Notes under the pieces: model-generated
The model's input: the letters and a program-made list of their open reading frames with translations, nothing else
Databases searched by the model: none
Told to the model about the DNA's origin: nothing
Part shown: positions 12,960-26,065 of the stretch, piece by piece
Position numbering within the stretch: position 1 is the stretch's first letter
Layout: every line of letters starts with the position of its first letter
From: Nageia nagi
Taxonomy: Eukaryota; Plantae; Pinophyta
Assembly: GCA_050084985.1 (NCBI GenBank)
Contig: JBITNC010000001.1
Span: forward strand, 71,796,001-71,860,000
Length of the DNA stretch: 64,000 bases
Reading direction: 5' to 3'
Translations under genes and position numbers: made by a program

Positions 12960-14340
12960 TTATTTGTTGTAGGGAGGGTGTTGATGCATAGATGGAGTCA
13001 AAATTGGTCAAGCTAAGGTAAGTCTTCCAATCCTTGAAATCATGTTTGAACTATGTAATTATTAGGCTTATGTATTCTACTACACTTTGCATGGATATTT
13101 ATCTGGGCATTTCAAACCATAAATATATGAAAAATCCCTAAATACATATATTTTGATAATGTACTACTATAAAATCTTATTTGCATCATGCATATTTTCA
13201 ACTATATTGTATATAAAGCAACTCTAGAAAAGGTGAGTTCAATGGGCATAGAATTACTTGCATTTCCCTACATTTGGTGGAAGAGTATCATGTATTTATG
13301 GGTACAATATTTCATCAATATCATCACTTTTTAAGCACCATCCTAGCTGCCCACTTCATTTTAGTAAAACCCCAAGGTCAAAAGAACTTCCATGAATCAT
13401 AGGATTTTTCAATCTAGGATTGTTGTTCACTTGTAATGTAATTATAGAATCCTTGTAGTCAAATAATTTTCTACAAAAATATTTATTCCATTTACACAAC
13501 ATTACTAATCACCACATACTCTAAGGCTCTTCACAACTTGAACATTTAGTAATGCTAAACGATATGCTTAACAACCCCAATAATGGCCCTCACAATAATG
13601 TTCCTTATAATAATCTTGGAGATAAACTTGATTATGGTATGGCAAACATCATATATGTGAAGGTTCTTCACAAATATAATAACACTTATAGGGGGAGTCA
13701 TAATAAATATTTGAAAGAACATAAGATGAATCATATTTAGGATCCAAAAACAAAAACAATTCTTATCAAACTTACACTATTCTTACATTTTTATGTGATG
13801 TACAAGAACCAAGCATACACATACACACACATACTTTAGGTTTTATGGGCATATTGGAAAAAAGTTAAAAGCTTCCTTAAGATAGCCTACATGGAAATGA
13901 ATGTAAATAAGGCATGTATATTATTAATTCAAAGAATAATGTAATAAGTATCACTCATACTATTAAGGTATTTACAACCCTCATCACTAGATTTGCATGG
14001 CTACATGAAAGTGGAATATAGATAAAGGTTATATTGTTAGGGTTGATTCCAAAATGATTCATTGCATATCAAAGAATCACTGCATTCTATGAAGCTGCAT
14101 CTGCATCATGCATCTTATCAAACAATTCTTAGGACTTATGTATTTTTATATAATTTATATATTTTCCTATGAAGGCATTCACAACCATAATATTTGATGA
14201 AAAATCATTTTCAACTACTCTTTTATTGATTTCCATACTTCTATAATGAAGGAGCTTATCCTCTAGAAGGGAATTATGGGCAATGTAGGTGAACATCAAC
14301 CAATAAAGATATTACTTCATTGGATTTGGGACCAAATGGC
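12960..14340 (-). pseudogene. PLS-class PPR/E/DYW pseudogene fragments, rearranged
   Basis: Minus-strand translations across frameshifts include ENDFSSNIMVVNAFIG..IHKS*ELFDKMHDADAAS*NAV, GINPNNITF..SCSHA, DEGCKYLNSMSD, MPIKPKVCVCMCMLGSCTSHKN and LDPKYDSSYVLSNIY. A DYW piece reads TPPISVIIFVKNLHIYDVCHTIIKFISKIIIRNIIVR, and a second piece reads GLLS..QVVKSLRVCGD. Confidence 0.85.
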
Positions 14341-14534
14341 CAATGTAAACACAAGCACAAGATAATAAAATGAATCCAAATAAAACGATCTTATAAAATG
14401 ATAAAGGAAAGATAAAAGTATTATTAAGAGTTGATCTTATCTCTTCATAAAAAAGTATTTGGCTCTCCCTTATCTAATATTTATTATTTATTGAGTGTTT
14501 TCTATTTCCTTCAAGTATTTCTTCTTTTATATTT

Positions 14535-17500
14535 TTTCATGGACTAGCTCTTTGAACCCTTTTGGATATCCTTGACTAACCATTGGTGTAGAATAATCTC
14601 TTAAGATTCATGTTGCTAAGTGCAAACTTTATCATTTTAAGGTTTTATAGATGTTATGTTTTCATGAAATGATGTGATAGTTAATATTTTAAGCTTGAAC
14701 AATATGAATATTACTTTAATATGCTAGTCACATTGAGTTTTACAAGATTTGATTTGGATCCAGTTGCAACAAATTGCATAAGTAAAATAGTTATCTTAAT
14801 CTAATGAGATATTAAGCTATTTAATTGTTGGATGGTTACTAAAATATTCAAATAGTTAGTTTGAATATTATATATTTTTTAGTATTTAAATATTAATTTA
14901 AATATGAACTAGGCTTAATAAAGCCTTTTTAAGGTCTCAAATATTTAAATGTAAATTTACATATTATTATACTTTAATATTGAGGTTAATCATCGTTAAT
15001 TTAATTAATAATTGAAATTTTGATAATATACATATTATTGTATTTAAAACAATGGAGAATATATTATATTAAATATGGAATTAAGTAATATATATATGGA
15101 AACTCCTTATTTGAATGTTAATTGATATTTTGGTTAATTAACTTAATAATGCTTATCAATAATGGATATTAATAGTCTTTAAATTATTTATATGAAGGAT
15201 TAAATTGTATTTGAAATTAAGTATTCATATAATTTCTATATTAAAGACTATTAGTTAGCATTTACATTAAAAAAATAGAATTCTTCTTCATTGATGATAA
15301 CATGGAGTTGTGGAAGGGTAGTTGGCTAACATGCAAAGAAAATAGGAGGTTTTTGTGGTAGTTTTAGGGAAGGCAAGAGGGAATAAGAAGGGGAGATATA
15401 TTTTATATGAAGGAGAGGAGAAAAGGGCACCATACTTCATCTTGCATCCTCCATTTTCATGTTGCAACAGAAAGAAGAAGAATCTAGGTGGAGAAAATGC
15501 ATCTAGGTTGAAAGAAAAATATATATTTGAGGTAATGACTCAACCATTAGATTTAGCATGGATTTTGCACTAGGAAAAACTAGTTTAGACTATGTTGCAT
15601 GGATTCCAAACCTCTATTTTGTTTTGGAAATTAGTGTTGTTTGAAATAGATTTTTGGGTGTTTTTGTTCATGATTGGAAAGATTTGAGCAGAAGAGGGTT
15701 TTATTTTTGTATGATAATATCTTGTTGAATGTTAATAGTTTGAGTCTATTAAGATTTAAAATAGTTTGATAAACTATATAATACCTAAAGACCTCTATAT
15801 GGATGGTACATGATTGCAAAATAAGGTTTGGGTTCTAGTTTGTAGAAAAACCTCTTAGAGGTCAAAAAATCATATTTGTAAAAGTACCCAAAATTTAGTA
15901 AATTTTTTTGGGTTGATTTCTTTTCTTAATGGGTATCCAAAACTTTTTACAAAATGTGAAAATCATTTCTATTTTAAAAGTTATAACTAATAGAAGTTTT
16001 CAAAATTTTTGAAGATGAATTTTGTAGATTCAAAATAAATGACTTATCCTCAATAGAAATACTTAGACATTATATTGTTGTAAATATATTTGAACAAACT
16101 TTCCAACAATATAAAGAATGTTGAATTTCGTTAAGTATAACAAAAGTTCTTGATGTCCAAAAATAACATTTCAATGTTATTGTATTGTGTTTGAAATTAC
16201 TCCAAACATTTATACTTATGCTTGTAGTAATGGTGTTTAGACACTCATGCATGTTGATAAGTGTTTTAAATGTATTTATTTTATTTTTTACAATTCCTTA
16301 CCTTTGGTATCATAATTGGTTGACAAAAAAGGTTTCAGGTGTATTGTTTGATAAAATAACTTTATAGATTTATTCTTATTTTTTAAGAGAAAACTTAGTT
16401 TTTGTCAAAATAATTATTGGATTATGATTTTGGTTAGTATACAACAATATCATGAAACCCTTTTTTCATTAGTTGTAATCAGAATTGGAAATGAGTTGCT
16501 TTTCTAAAAGATGTAATGGGTTTTGTGTGTAGCTAATTCTAAATTGTGCTTTTTAGAAGACTAGTTTTGTGTTACCACTTGGTTGTTTATGTACTTTGCA
16601 TAATTGTAAATTCCTATTATTTTTCTTTCTAATGATATATAACTTGTCTAAATTAGAGTTGTGTAATTCTTATTGTAATAATCTCAAAAACCCTTTTTAG
16701 TCTTTGACTATTTTTAGTCTTTTGAAAACTATCAAAAAGAGGTAAATTGGAATTTTGTATTGCTTGTAAATTTTGATGTATATATTTAATTTATAAAATT
16801 GTTGCATAATTTGAAATTATATTTTAGATACTATTCAAAATATAAATATATTTAAAATTAGAGTTTGAATGTTTTCTTAAATCTAGTCTATAAAACTAGA
16901 CTGTAGGAAGCCTGTAAAAGAGAGCATTAAATATTTTTATTGGTTGAAATAGTAACTTTATATTGTTATTGTATTTAAGGATAATGTGGATACATATATG
17001 CATTTATATGTCTGAATCAATTAGTTAGTATTTCTACCCATTGTGAAAACAACATAGGCAAACAAGATGCAATTATGTTGTTGAGATAGTAACTTGCATT
17101 GCTATTTAAAGACTTGCATTATTATTGAGAAACTTGTATTATGGTTTAAATACATTCATCATATCATATATATTGGCTTACTTGGAATTATTAAGTTTCT
17201 TATTTTTAACATAAGTGCTTATATTATAATATTATGCATTGTAAACTTTTTAAAGTTCATGTCTTGACAAAGACTTGCATACTATTGATATTTGTTCATT
17301 TGTGATGCTATCATGATATATATGGATGATATATGTTATGAAATACTTCCATATTGGATGGTATCTAAGTGTTTATGGATATGTAATTTATACTATATTT
17401 TTTGAAATGCTTCTTATATTATAGTGATGCACTTTGTGCACTATTATGACTTTAGCATTTTTACCTCATTGTCTACTTACATGGAGTTTGTTTGTACCAA

Positions 17501-18179
17501 TTTGTATTAGTGATGCTTGCATTATAAAGATGAATTTTTGAGCATTGAGTTGGATATAGTAATTTGTATTATTATTAATCCTTGTAGGTAGATATATCTT
17601 ATTGCCTCTTTGGCAATATGGATAATAATATGATGATAAAGTTACTTTTGGATTTGTGATGCATTAGAGTGCACTTGTAATTGTTGTTAATTTTGGATCT
17701 TATGTTGAGTGTATGAAGATATGATTTGTAGTGTAATGTTATGTGCTAGAATTTATGTGTATATTGATTCACAAGATATTACAAGATAGGTGGACTATCT
17801 TAAAGATGTGCATGGTGATGCAAAAGGGAATTGTTATGTAGACCTAGTTTAGTTGTAGCTTTACGTTGAAAGAACATATGCTTGTATGAAGGTAATCATT
17901 GTAATATTTTATTATTGTATAAATAAAATATTATTGGGTAGCATAGATACCAAGGTTTACCTAGTATGAAAATGCCTACGATTTTTCTCGAGCTTAGCTC
18001 AATTTTGATGTTATATGATTTGTTTTATCAAATAGATATTTATGTGATGTTTCAATTCAATATTTCTAAAGTTATATGGATATTGTAATAAATGGAAATG
18101 CATAGTATATTTAATGATTGTTTAGTCTTAATCATTATGGTTACTTATTTTTTTATTTTTAGATTTTTGGTCTCTTACA
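14535..18179 (+). repeat. 5' LTR (~3.65 kb)
   Basis: Colinear with 20546-25770 apart from the insert at 21137-22693. Confidence 0.9.
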
Positions 18180-21136
18180 TTGGTGTCAAATTTCATGTTC
18201 AAATGCTTGGACCTATTGGGCTAACTACCTTTTGCAAAGTATGTGACAGGTCTAGGTATGCTTGATGATGGATATAGGTATGAACACCATGAAGAGAAGG
18301 TGGTAAAATATATTCATTTCTTACTTTGACAAAATTTTACATGGGATAATAACCTTTACAATTATTTTGCTAAAAAATGTTTAGCTATCTATGGTTATCC
18401 TATCTTGGTTAGGATGAATGGATTGTTATGGAATAATGTAATACATGCTTATATGTTGATAACCATGTTTGATGTTGCAGAATACAAATATTTTTTATAT
18501 GACATCTTTAAAGAACCAATGCTATGTTAAAGATAGTGTTGGACATTTTAGGATAAGGAAGGTAAGTTCTTAATATGTTGAACTCTTGTTAATTTTATGT
18601 ATAGGAATGGATAAGTAAGGTTGAATATCATAATAAGGTTGAATTGCACTAAGATATTGGATTTTAGAAATCTAACTTGAATAATGCTAAAATATTGAAC
18701 TTTTGGGAAGAAGTAACATTTGATGTCAACCTTGCTATAAGACTAGCTTTATCTCCTTTGATTGCTTTAGTAAATGAGATTACAATGAATGTTCATGATT
18801 TTTCTAAAAGACTAGATGTAGATCATGATTGATGATAATTATTTATGAGATAAAATAATTGGATGTAGTCAGCATGAAACTGCAATAATATTTCAGGAAA
18901 CCTCATATATAGAAGATGAGGTATACTCTTTAAAAGTTGTTAATTTTATTTTGAGTTGTCAAACAAAATTAATGGATTTACTCTTATAAGTCAGATTTAG
19001 GTATGTAAATTTGAATTAGCAAGTTTATTCATGTTTGTACCTTGTTGGAAGCATTTTTTTATTTTGTTTTTATCTATTTTCAAAATTGGATATGTGAAAA
19101 TGATCATGTCTACCTAGATGAGTAGGTGTATGTTTTGATTGATGTTTGTTTTCATATGATATGAAACTATTAGATGTTGTTAAAATAAAGTTGAGATAAC
19201 TCAAATAATTCTTTAAGTGTTTAATGTTTCCTATTTTTTATAATAGAGCAATTTTAATGATTGTTGAAAATAAGAAATACTTATGACTTTTCAAATGGGT
19301 ATAAAAAAATAGGTTATAGAATTTATCTTATAAAAATGATAAATTAAATATTTCTACATGGAATGTGACAAAATGAAAGGATGGTTGAAGACCTAGAGTT
19401 GAACCATCATACTAAATACCTCTTTTAGGTATTTCCAAGGGATCAATGTGGAATTCAAACCTTGAGGGACAAACACATTCAAATAGAAATCCACTATGAT
19501 ATATTGATTCGTGGAGAATGATAGATCTATGAATAATGTGGGTTGATAACCTCAAATGAACTATGGAGATTTAGGGTGGATTAATTAATGTTCATGGGTA
19601 GATATCTTTATGAGAATATTATATCATGGCTTGGTAATATATATTGTGATTGCAACACATGGTTTGGAATAATCAAGATATATTACATTATCTTGAAGTG
19701 AACAAAATTTCACTTTTAAGAAGTTATCATGTGATGAAGTCTTGGACCATGAGAATGGTACACTATTCCTGAATGGAATATTTTTAACCTAAGGTGATGA
19801 AGTTCAATGATGAGATTGAAAACCTTAGTTAAATCAAGTAGAAAAATATATTGAAATTTAAAGTTGGAAAAAGTTATTTTCTTGTGATAATTAATTTTCC
19901 TTGAGAAACCATGTGTGGGTGGGAGAATGTATGTTATGATTTAAATATTTTTACTCCTTCCTTGAAATAAAATTTATAGTATTATCTTCAAAAACTTGTG
20001 AGAGAAATGAATTTATCTAAGTTTTGAACCAAACATTTTTATCTAAACAAGTGTATCATAAAAACTTTGATTTCAAACTTGTTTAAATATTGATGTTTCT
20101 AACTAAGAAATTAGATAAACTCCTAGGGAGAATTAGGTCATAGATTCTCGAACTAAGAGAATATATAAGTTTTACTTTAGGAAATCTCTATCTAAAGTGA
20201 AAATGAGTGTTGGGAATCTAAATTTATAGTTTTTCCTTGATTGGGAACTTGATTTGCTTTCCTCAAAACTATTTATAGGAAAATTTGTCTAAAGGCTATG
20301 AGTAATTTCTGGATGTTAACCAAATAATTCCTCATAACTTCATTCTTGACATTACTTGAAAAGTTGAAAGTTGAAACAAGGCTAAAATTTTGAATTTATT
20401 TAGATAATATTGATAAAAGGTGTATACATGTTGTAGATATAATTTTATTTTCATTTCTTAGAAGAGAAAAGAAAATTGAAATTTTCTTTGCTATCACTTT
20501 CTTCAACAAAACATAGTAGACTATGTTTACTCCTAGGGGGTAGGATATCATGTACTAGTTCTTTGAACCCTATTGGATACCCTTTATTAATAATTGGTGT
20601 AGAATAATCTCTTAAGATTCATGTTGCTAAGTGCAAACATTGACAGTTAAATGTTGCATGAGATGTTATGTTTTCATGAAATGATGTGATAATTAATATT
20701 CGAAGTTTGAAAAATATGAACATTACTTTAATGGGCTAATCACATTGAGTTTTGCAAGATTATTTAATCTACTTGCAATGAATTGCATAAGTAAATAGTT
20801 GTCTTAATCTAATAAGATATTAAGCTATTTAATTATTGAATGGTTACTAAAATATTCAAATAGTTAGTTTGATTATTAGATATTTATTAATATTTAAATG
20901 TTAATTTAAATATGAACTAGGCTCAATAAAGCCTTTTGAAGGTGTCAAATATTTAAATGTAAATTTAAATATTATTAGAATTTAATATTGAGGTTAATCA
21001 TTGTAAATTTAATCAACAATTAAAATTTTGATAATATTCATATTATTATGTTTAAAATAATGGAAAATATATTACATTAAATATGGAAGTTAAGTAATAT
21101 TTTAGGAACTCCTTATTTGAATGTTAATTAATATTT

Positions 21137-22695
21137 CAGTATTAATTTGAATATCCTTGGGTGGCAAAAGGGAGACACTATTATAAGGATGCATCAAGTA
21201 AAGAGGTGGTCAGAGCACATGAGCAAGGGTGTTATTTCAATGAGCTCCAAGAACATTATTGACCAATTAATCTAGAATGTACTTAGAAAATCAAGCTGGT
21301 TCACATGAGAGAGAGGATGGTGCTAGAACATGACCCAAGTTATGATGCATGTTGTAGTAGTTATTGGACATTGGAGGGGTAAAAATAATGGATCCAATAT
21401 TTAAGAGCAAGGAGTTGGTCTATTTTCTCACCATTAACAAAGGCAAGTTCTAGAGAACACATGTAAAGAGTATTGATGTTAATGGTGTAAGGTAGGTTTT
21501 GTGGAGTGGATGGTGGTCATAAGGATTTACTCCCAGAACCAATGAAACTCCTAGTCAACAATAATATCTAGGAAGTTCTAAAGAAGGCTAAGTACTAGAG
21601 CTTCTTGGAACTATTCAAGGGGTTTAGTATTGGTGTGTGCCATCAGATGGTGAATATCTAGGTAGAGGGTTATGTGACTATAGGGGCCTTTATGTTTGAA
21701 ATTTCATCAAAAATTTTGGTGGAGATCTATGGGTTAATGAATGAGGGGTTGAAAATCCAAAGGGATAAGCACTCATAACAAATAGAGCTTGATTTCTCCA
21801 CTTATATGAAGAAAATTGGGTGGGATAGGAAGTATATCCTCAAGTAGGACCTTCCCTAGCCATGGTCGAAGGTAGCAAGAACCATCATTAATTATTTCAC
21901 TTTGGATATCCAAATGACATGGGTTCAAGTATATCACTTGACCATTATGACCATATAAGGTAGAAAAAATGGGTCAATGTACCATATTTCCTTTTCAAGG
22001 AATCAAAAAAGTCCTTTGAAGATTTCCAAAATGGAATGATTAAGTGTACTCTATACTAGTGGCTATTTCTCATTGTAGACAAGCACATGGCTAAGAAGTA
22101 AGGATGGACGAGTGACCTCGATGACCTTTTGCCAATTTTAAAGGAGGAGGAAAAGTTTGATACTGAGTTTGGCACTCTGGGAGGGAATCAAAAATGAAAA
22201 TACATGAAAGAGTTTGAGGGAGGGAAATGAAGCTCATAGTGGAGAGGAAAGGTTGTGATGAAGGAGGAATCATAGGATTCTAAGGAAGCAACACCTACAA
22301 CATCCTCAATAGTAGATTAGGGCTAGTTGAAGGTGCACTTGATAAGAGGGCTATTGCTGAAGGATATCAGAGCCTTACATGATGATCTATTGGCTAGGTT
22401 GAATAATATCATTGAAATGGTGGATAAGCTCCAATAATGTGTCTGTGAGGAGTTGGACATGTAACCTTGTTTGGTTAATTATGTATTTTCTATCTATTTT
22501 GGCTCGTAAGGGCATATGTTAATATTTTACCTTGGTAATGCCATAGGAGTAAGGTGTTAGTAGGTATAGTAGTACATTTTTGTTACTAGTATGTTGTTTT
22601 GAAGGTTTTGAAACTATTATGAATATCTAAAGGCATGATGTACATAGGGTTATTTGTTCCCTCTAAAAACCACCTTCAATATTAACAAAAAAAAA
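21137..22695 (+). mobile_element. 5'-truncated non-LTR (LINE-type) insertion
   Basis: Absent from the sister LTR. It ends in an A-run (22687-22695) and is flanked by a ~17-bp TSD AATGTTAATT(A/G)ATATTT (21120-21136 and 22694-22710). Confidence 0.88.
21510..22440 (+). pseudogene. Degenerate extra 3' ORF of the LINE-type insert (not RT or endonuclease; function unknown)
   Basis: Reads PEPMKLLVNNNI*EVLKKAKY*SFLELFKGFSIGVCHQMVNI*VEGYVTIGAFMFEISSKILVEIYGLMNEGLKIQRDK, then DLP*PWSKVARTIINYFTLDIQMTWVQVYHLTIMT and VNVPYFLF. The stops are mostly TAG, consistent with decay of TGG/CAG codons. The 3' boundary is approximate. Confidence 0.6.
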
Positions 22696-25600
22696 TGTTA
22701 ATTGATATTTTGGTCAATTAGCTCAACAATGATTATTAATAATCTTTAAATTATTTTTATGAAGGATTAAATTGTATTTGAAATTAAGTATTCCTCTAAT
22801 TGATATATTAAATACTATCAATTAGCATTTAAATAAAAAAAATTGAATTTTTTCTTCATTGATGATAACATGGAGTTGTGAAAGGGCAATTGGCTAACAT
22901 GCAAAGAAAATATGAGGGTTTTGTGTATTTTTAGGATAGCAAAGAGGGAATAAGAAGGGGAGATATATTTTATATGAAGGAGAGGAGAAAAGGGCACCAT
23001 AATTCATCTTGCATCCTCCATTTTTGTGTTGCAATAGAAAGAAGAAGTATTTGGGTGGAGAAAAGGCATCTAGGTAGAAAGAAAAATGCATATTTGAGGT
23101 AATTACTCAACCATTAGATATAACATGAATTTTACAATAGGAAAATATAGTTTGGACTATGTTGCATGGATTCCAAACCTCTATTTCATTTTGGAAATTA
23201 TTGTTATTTGAAATAGATTTCTGGGTGTCTTTGTTCATGATTGGAAAGATCTAAGCAAAGAGGGTTTTATTTTTGTATGATAATATCTTGTTGAATGTTA
23301 ATAGTTTGAGTCTATTAAGATTTAAAATAGTTTGATAAACTATATAATACCTAAATACCTCTATATGGAATGTACATGATTGCAAAATAAGGTTTTGGGC
23401 TGTAGTTTGTAGAAAAACCTTTGGAAGGTTAAAAAATCACATTTTGTAAAAGTACCCAGAATTTATTCAAATCTAGTGGGTTGACTAATTTCCTTAATGG
23501 GTATCCAAAATTTTTTATAGAACTTGAAAATCCTTTGTATTTTAAAAGTTATAACTAATAGAATATTTTAGTAGTTTTGAGGATGAGTTTTGTAAACTCA
23601 AAATGAACAACTTATACTCATTAGAAATAATCAACATTATATTGTTATAAATATATTTGAACAAACTATCTAACAATTTAAAGAACATTAAATTTTGTTA
23701 AGTATAACAAAAGTTCTTGATGTCCAAAAATAATAGTTCAATATTATTGAAATGTGTTGGAAATTAATACAAAAGTTTATACTTATGCTTGTAATAATGG
23801 TGTTTAGACACTCATGCATGCTGATAAGTATTTTGAATTGTATTTATTTCATTTGTTACAGTTCCTTTCCTTTGGTATTGTAATTACTTGGCAAAAACTA
23901 TTTTGGTGTATTATTTGACAAAATAACTTTATAGATATGTTCTTATTTGTTAAGAGAAAACTTAGTTTTTATCAAAAGAATTATTGGATTGTGATGTTGG
24001 TTAGTATCCAAAAATATAATGAAACCCTTTTACATCAATTGTAATCAAAATTAGAAATGAGCTACTTTTCCAAAAGACGTAGTGGGTTTTGTGTGTAGCT
24101 AATTCTTTATAAAAAAGATTAAATTGTGCTTTTTAGAAGATCGTAGTTTTTGTGTTACCACTTGATTCTTTATGTGCTTTGCATAATTATAAATTCATAT
24201 AATTTCTCTTTCCAATAATATATAACTTTTCTAAATTGGAGTTGTGTAATTTTTATTGTAAGAATATCAAAAACCCATTTTAGTCTTTAACTCTTTTTAG
24301 TCTTTTCAAAACTGTCAAAAAGAGGCAAGTTGGCATTTTGCATCGATTGTAACTTTTGATATATATATATATTTAATTGCTAAAAGTGTTGCATCATTTG
24401 AAATTATATTTTATATAATATTCAAAATGTAAAGATATTTAAAATTAGAGTTTGAATGTTTTCTTAAATTTGGTCTACAAAACTAGATTGTAGGAAGACT
24501 ATGAAAGAGAGCATTAAACCTTTTTATTGGTTGAAATAGTAACTTACTATTATTATTGTATTTAGGGACAATATGTATACATATATGCATCTATATGGCT
24601 AAAGAAATTAGTTAGTGTTTATACCTATTGTGAAAAAAACATAGGCAAACAAGATGCAATTATGTTGTTGAGATAGTATCTTGCATTGCTATTTGAAGAC
24701 TTGCATTATTATTGAGAAAATTAAATTATTGGTTTAAATACATCCATAATATCATACAAATTAGCTTACTTAGACTTATTAAGTTTCTTATTTTTAACAT
24801 AAGTGCTTATATTATAATAGTATGCATTGTAAACTTTTTAAAGTTCATGTCTTGACAAAGACTTGAATAATATTGATGTTTGTTCATTTGTGAAGCTATC
24901 ATGATATCTATGGCTGATATATGTTATGGAATACTTCCATATTGGATGGTGTCCAAGTGTTTATGGATATGTAATGTATAATATATTTGTTTAAGTGCTT
25001 CTTATATTATAGTGATGCACTTTGTGTATTGTTATGAATTTATCATTTTTACATCATTGTATACTTACATGGAGTTTGTTTGTAGAAATTTATATTATTG
25101 ATGCTTGAATTATAAATATGCATTTTAAGCATTGAGTTGGATATAGTAATTTGTATTATTATTAATCCTTGTAGGTAGAGATACCTTATTTCTTCTTTGG
25201 CAATATGGATAATAATATGATGATAAACTTACTTTTGGATTTGTGATTCATTAGAGTGCACTTATAATTGTTGTTACTTTTGGATCTTATGTTGAGTGTA
25301 TGATGATATGATTTGTAGTGAAATGTTATGTGCTAGAATTTATGTGCATGGTGATACACAAGGAAATTGCAAGATAGGTGAAATATCTTAAAGATGTGCA
25401 TGGTGATGCACAAGGGAATTATTATGTAGACCTAGTTTAGTTGTAGCTTTATGTTGAAAGAATATATGCTTGTATGAAGGTAGGGATTGTAATATTTTAT
25501 TATTGTATAAATAAAACATTATTACTTAGCATAGCTACCAAGGGTTTATCTAGTGCAAAAATGCCTAGGGTTTTTATCAAGCTTAGCTCAAATTTTGATG

Positions 25601-26065
25601 TTATGTGATTTGTTTTGTCAAATGGATATTTATATGATGTTTCAATTAGTATTTGTAAAGTTATATGAATATTGTAATGGATGGAAATACATGAGTAGAT
25701 TTAATGATTATTTAGTCTTAATAATTATGGTTACTTATTTTTTTAATTTTTAAATTTTTTATCTCTTACATATTTGTAATTATTACATCTCCTTCTACAT
25801 ATTTACACTCAATAATTATGCAAGATTCTTGAAAAATAGTTCAATACCATGAATCTCTAGCATTAAAAAATGATTTATCAAATACCCCATAAATATACAT
25901 AAATAATTACATTCATTTGATAATATGATATCAAAAACCAACAATATTGTCTATTTGTATAAATATTTAATAACAACACTTACTAAAAAAAGAAATGAAA
26001 TATGGTTTCCTTACTATTTGAAAGATGTATTGTGCAAGGCTCTTTAAATATTACATTAGTTTGCA

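Larger units (their letters stand above)
14535..25770 (+). mobile_element. Non-autonomous LTR retrotransposon with very long LTRs (LARD-like, probably gypsy-derived)
   Basis: LTR pair 14535-18179 and 20546-25770, both ending TCTCTTACA. TSD TATTT at 14530-14534 and 25771-25775. Degenerate tRNA-Met-type PBS TGGTGTCAAA at 18181 and PPT AGGGGGTAGGA at 20535-20545. The ~2.4-kb internal region has no recognisable intact domain. Confidence 0.9.
20546..25770 (+). repeat. 3' LTR, interrupted by a LINE-type insertion
   Basis: Colinear with 14535-18179. Confidence 0.9.

Noticed and set aside
15355-25753. Short ORFs inside the large LTRs (for example 15355-15573, 22894-23091, 25553-25753)
   Set aside because: They are not preserved as equivalent ORFs in the sister LTR.
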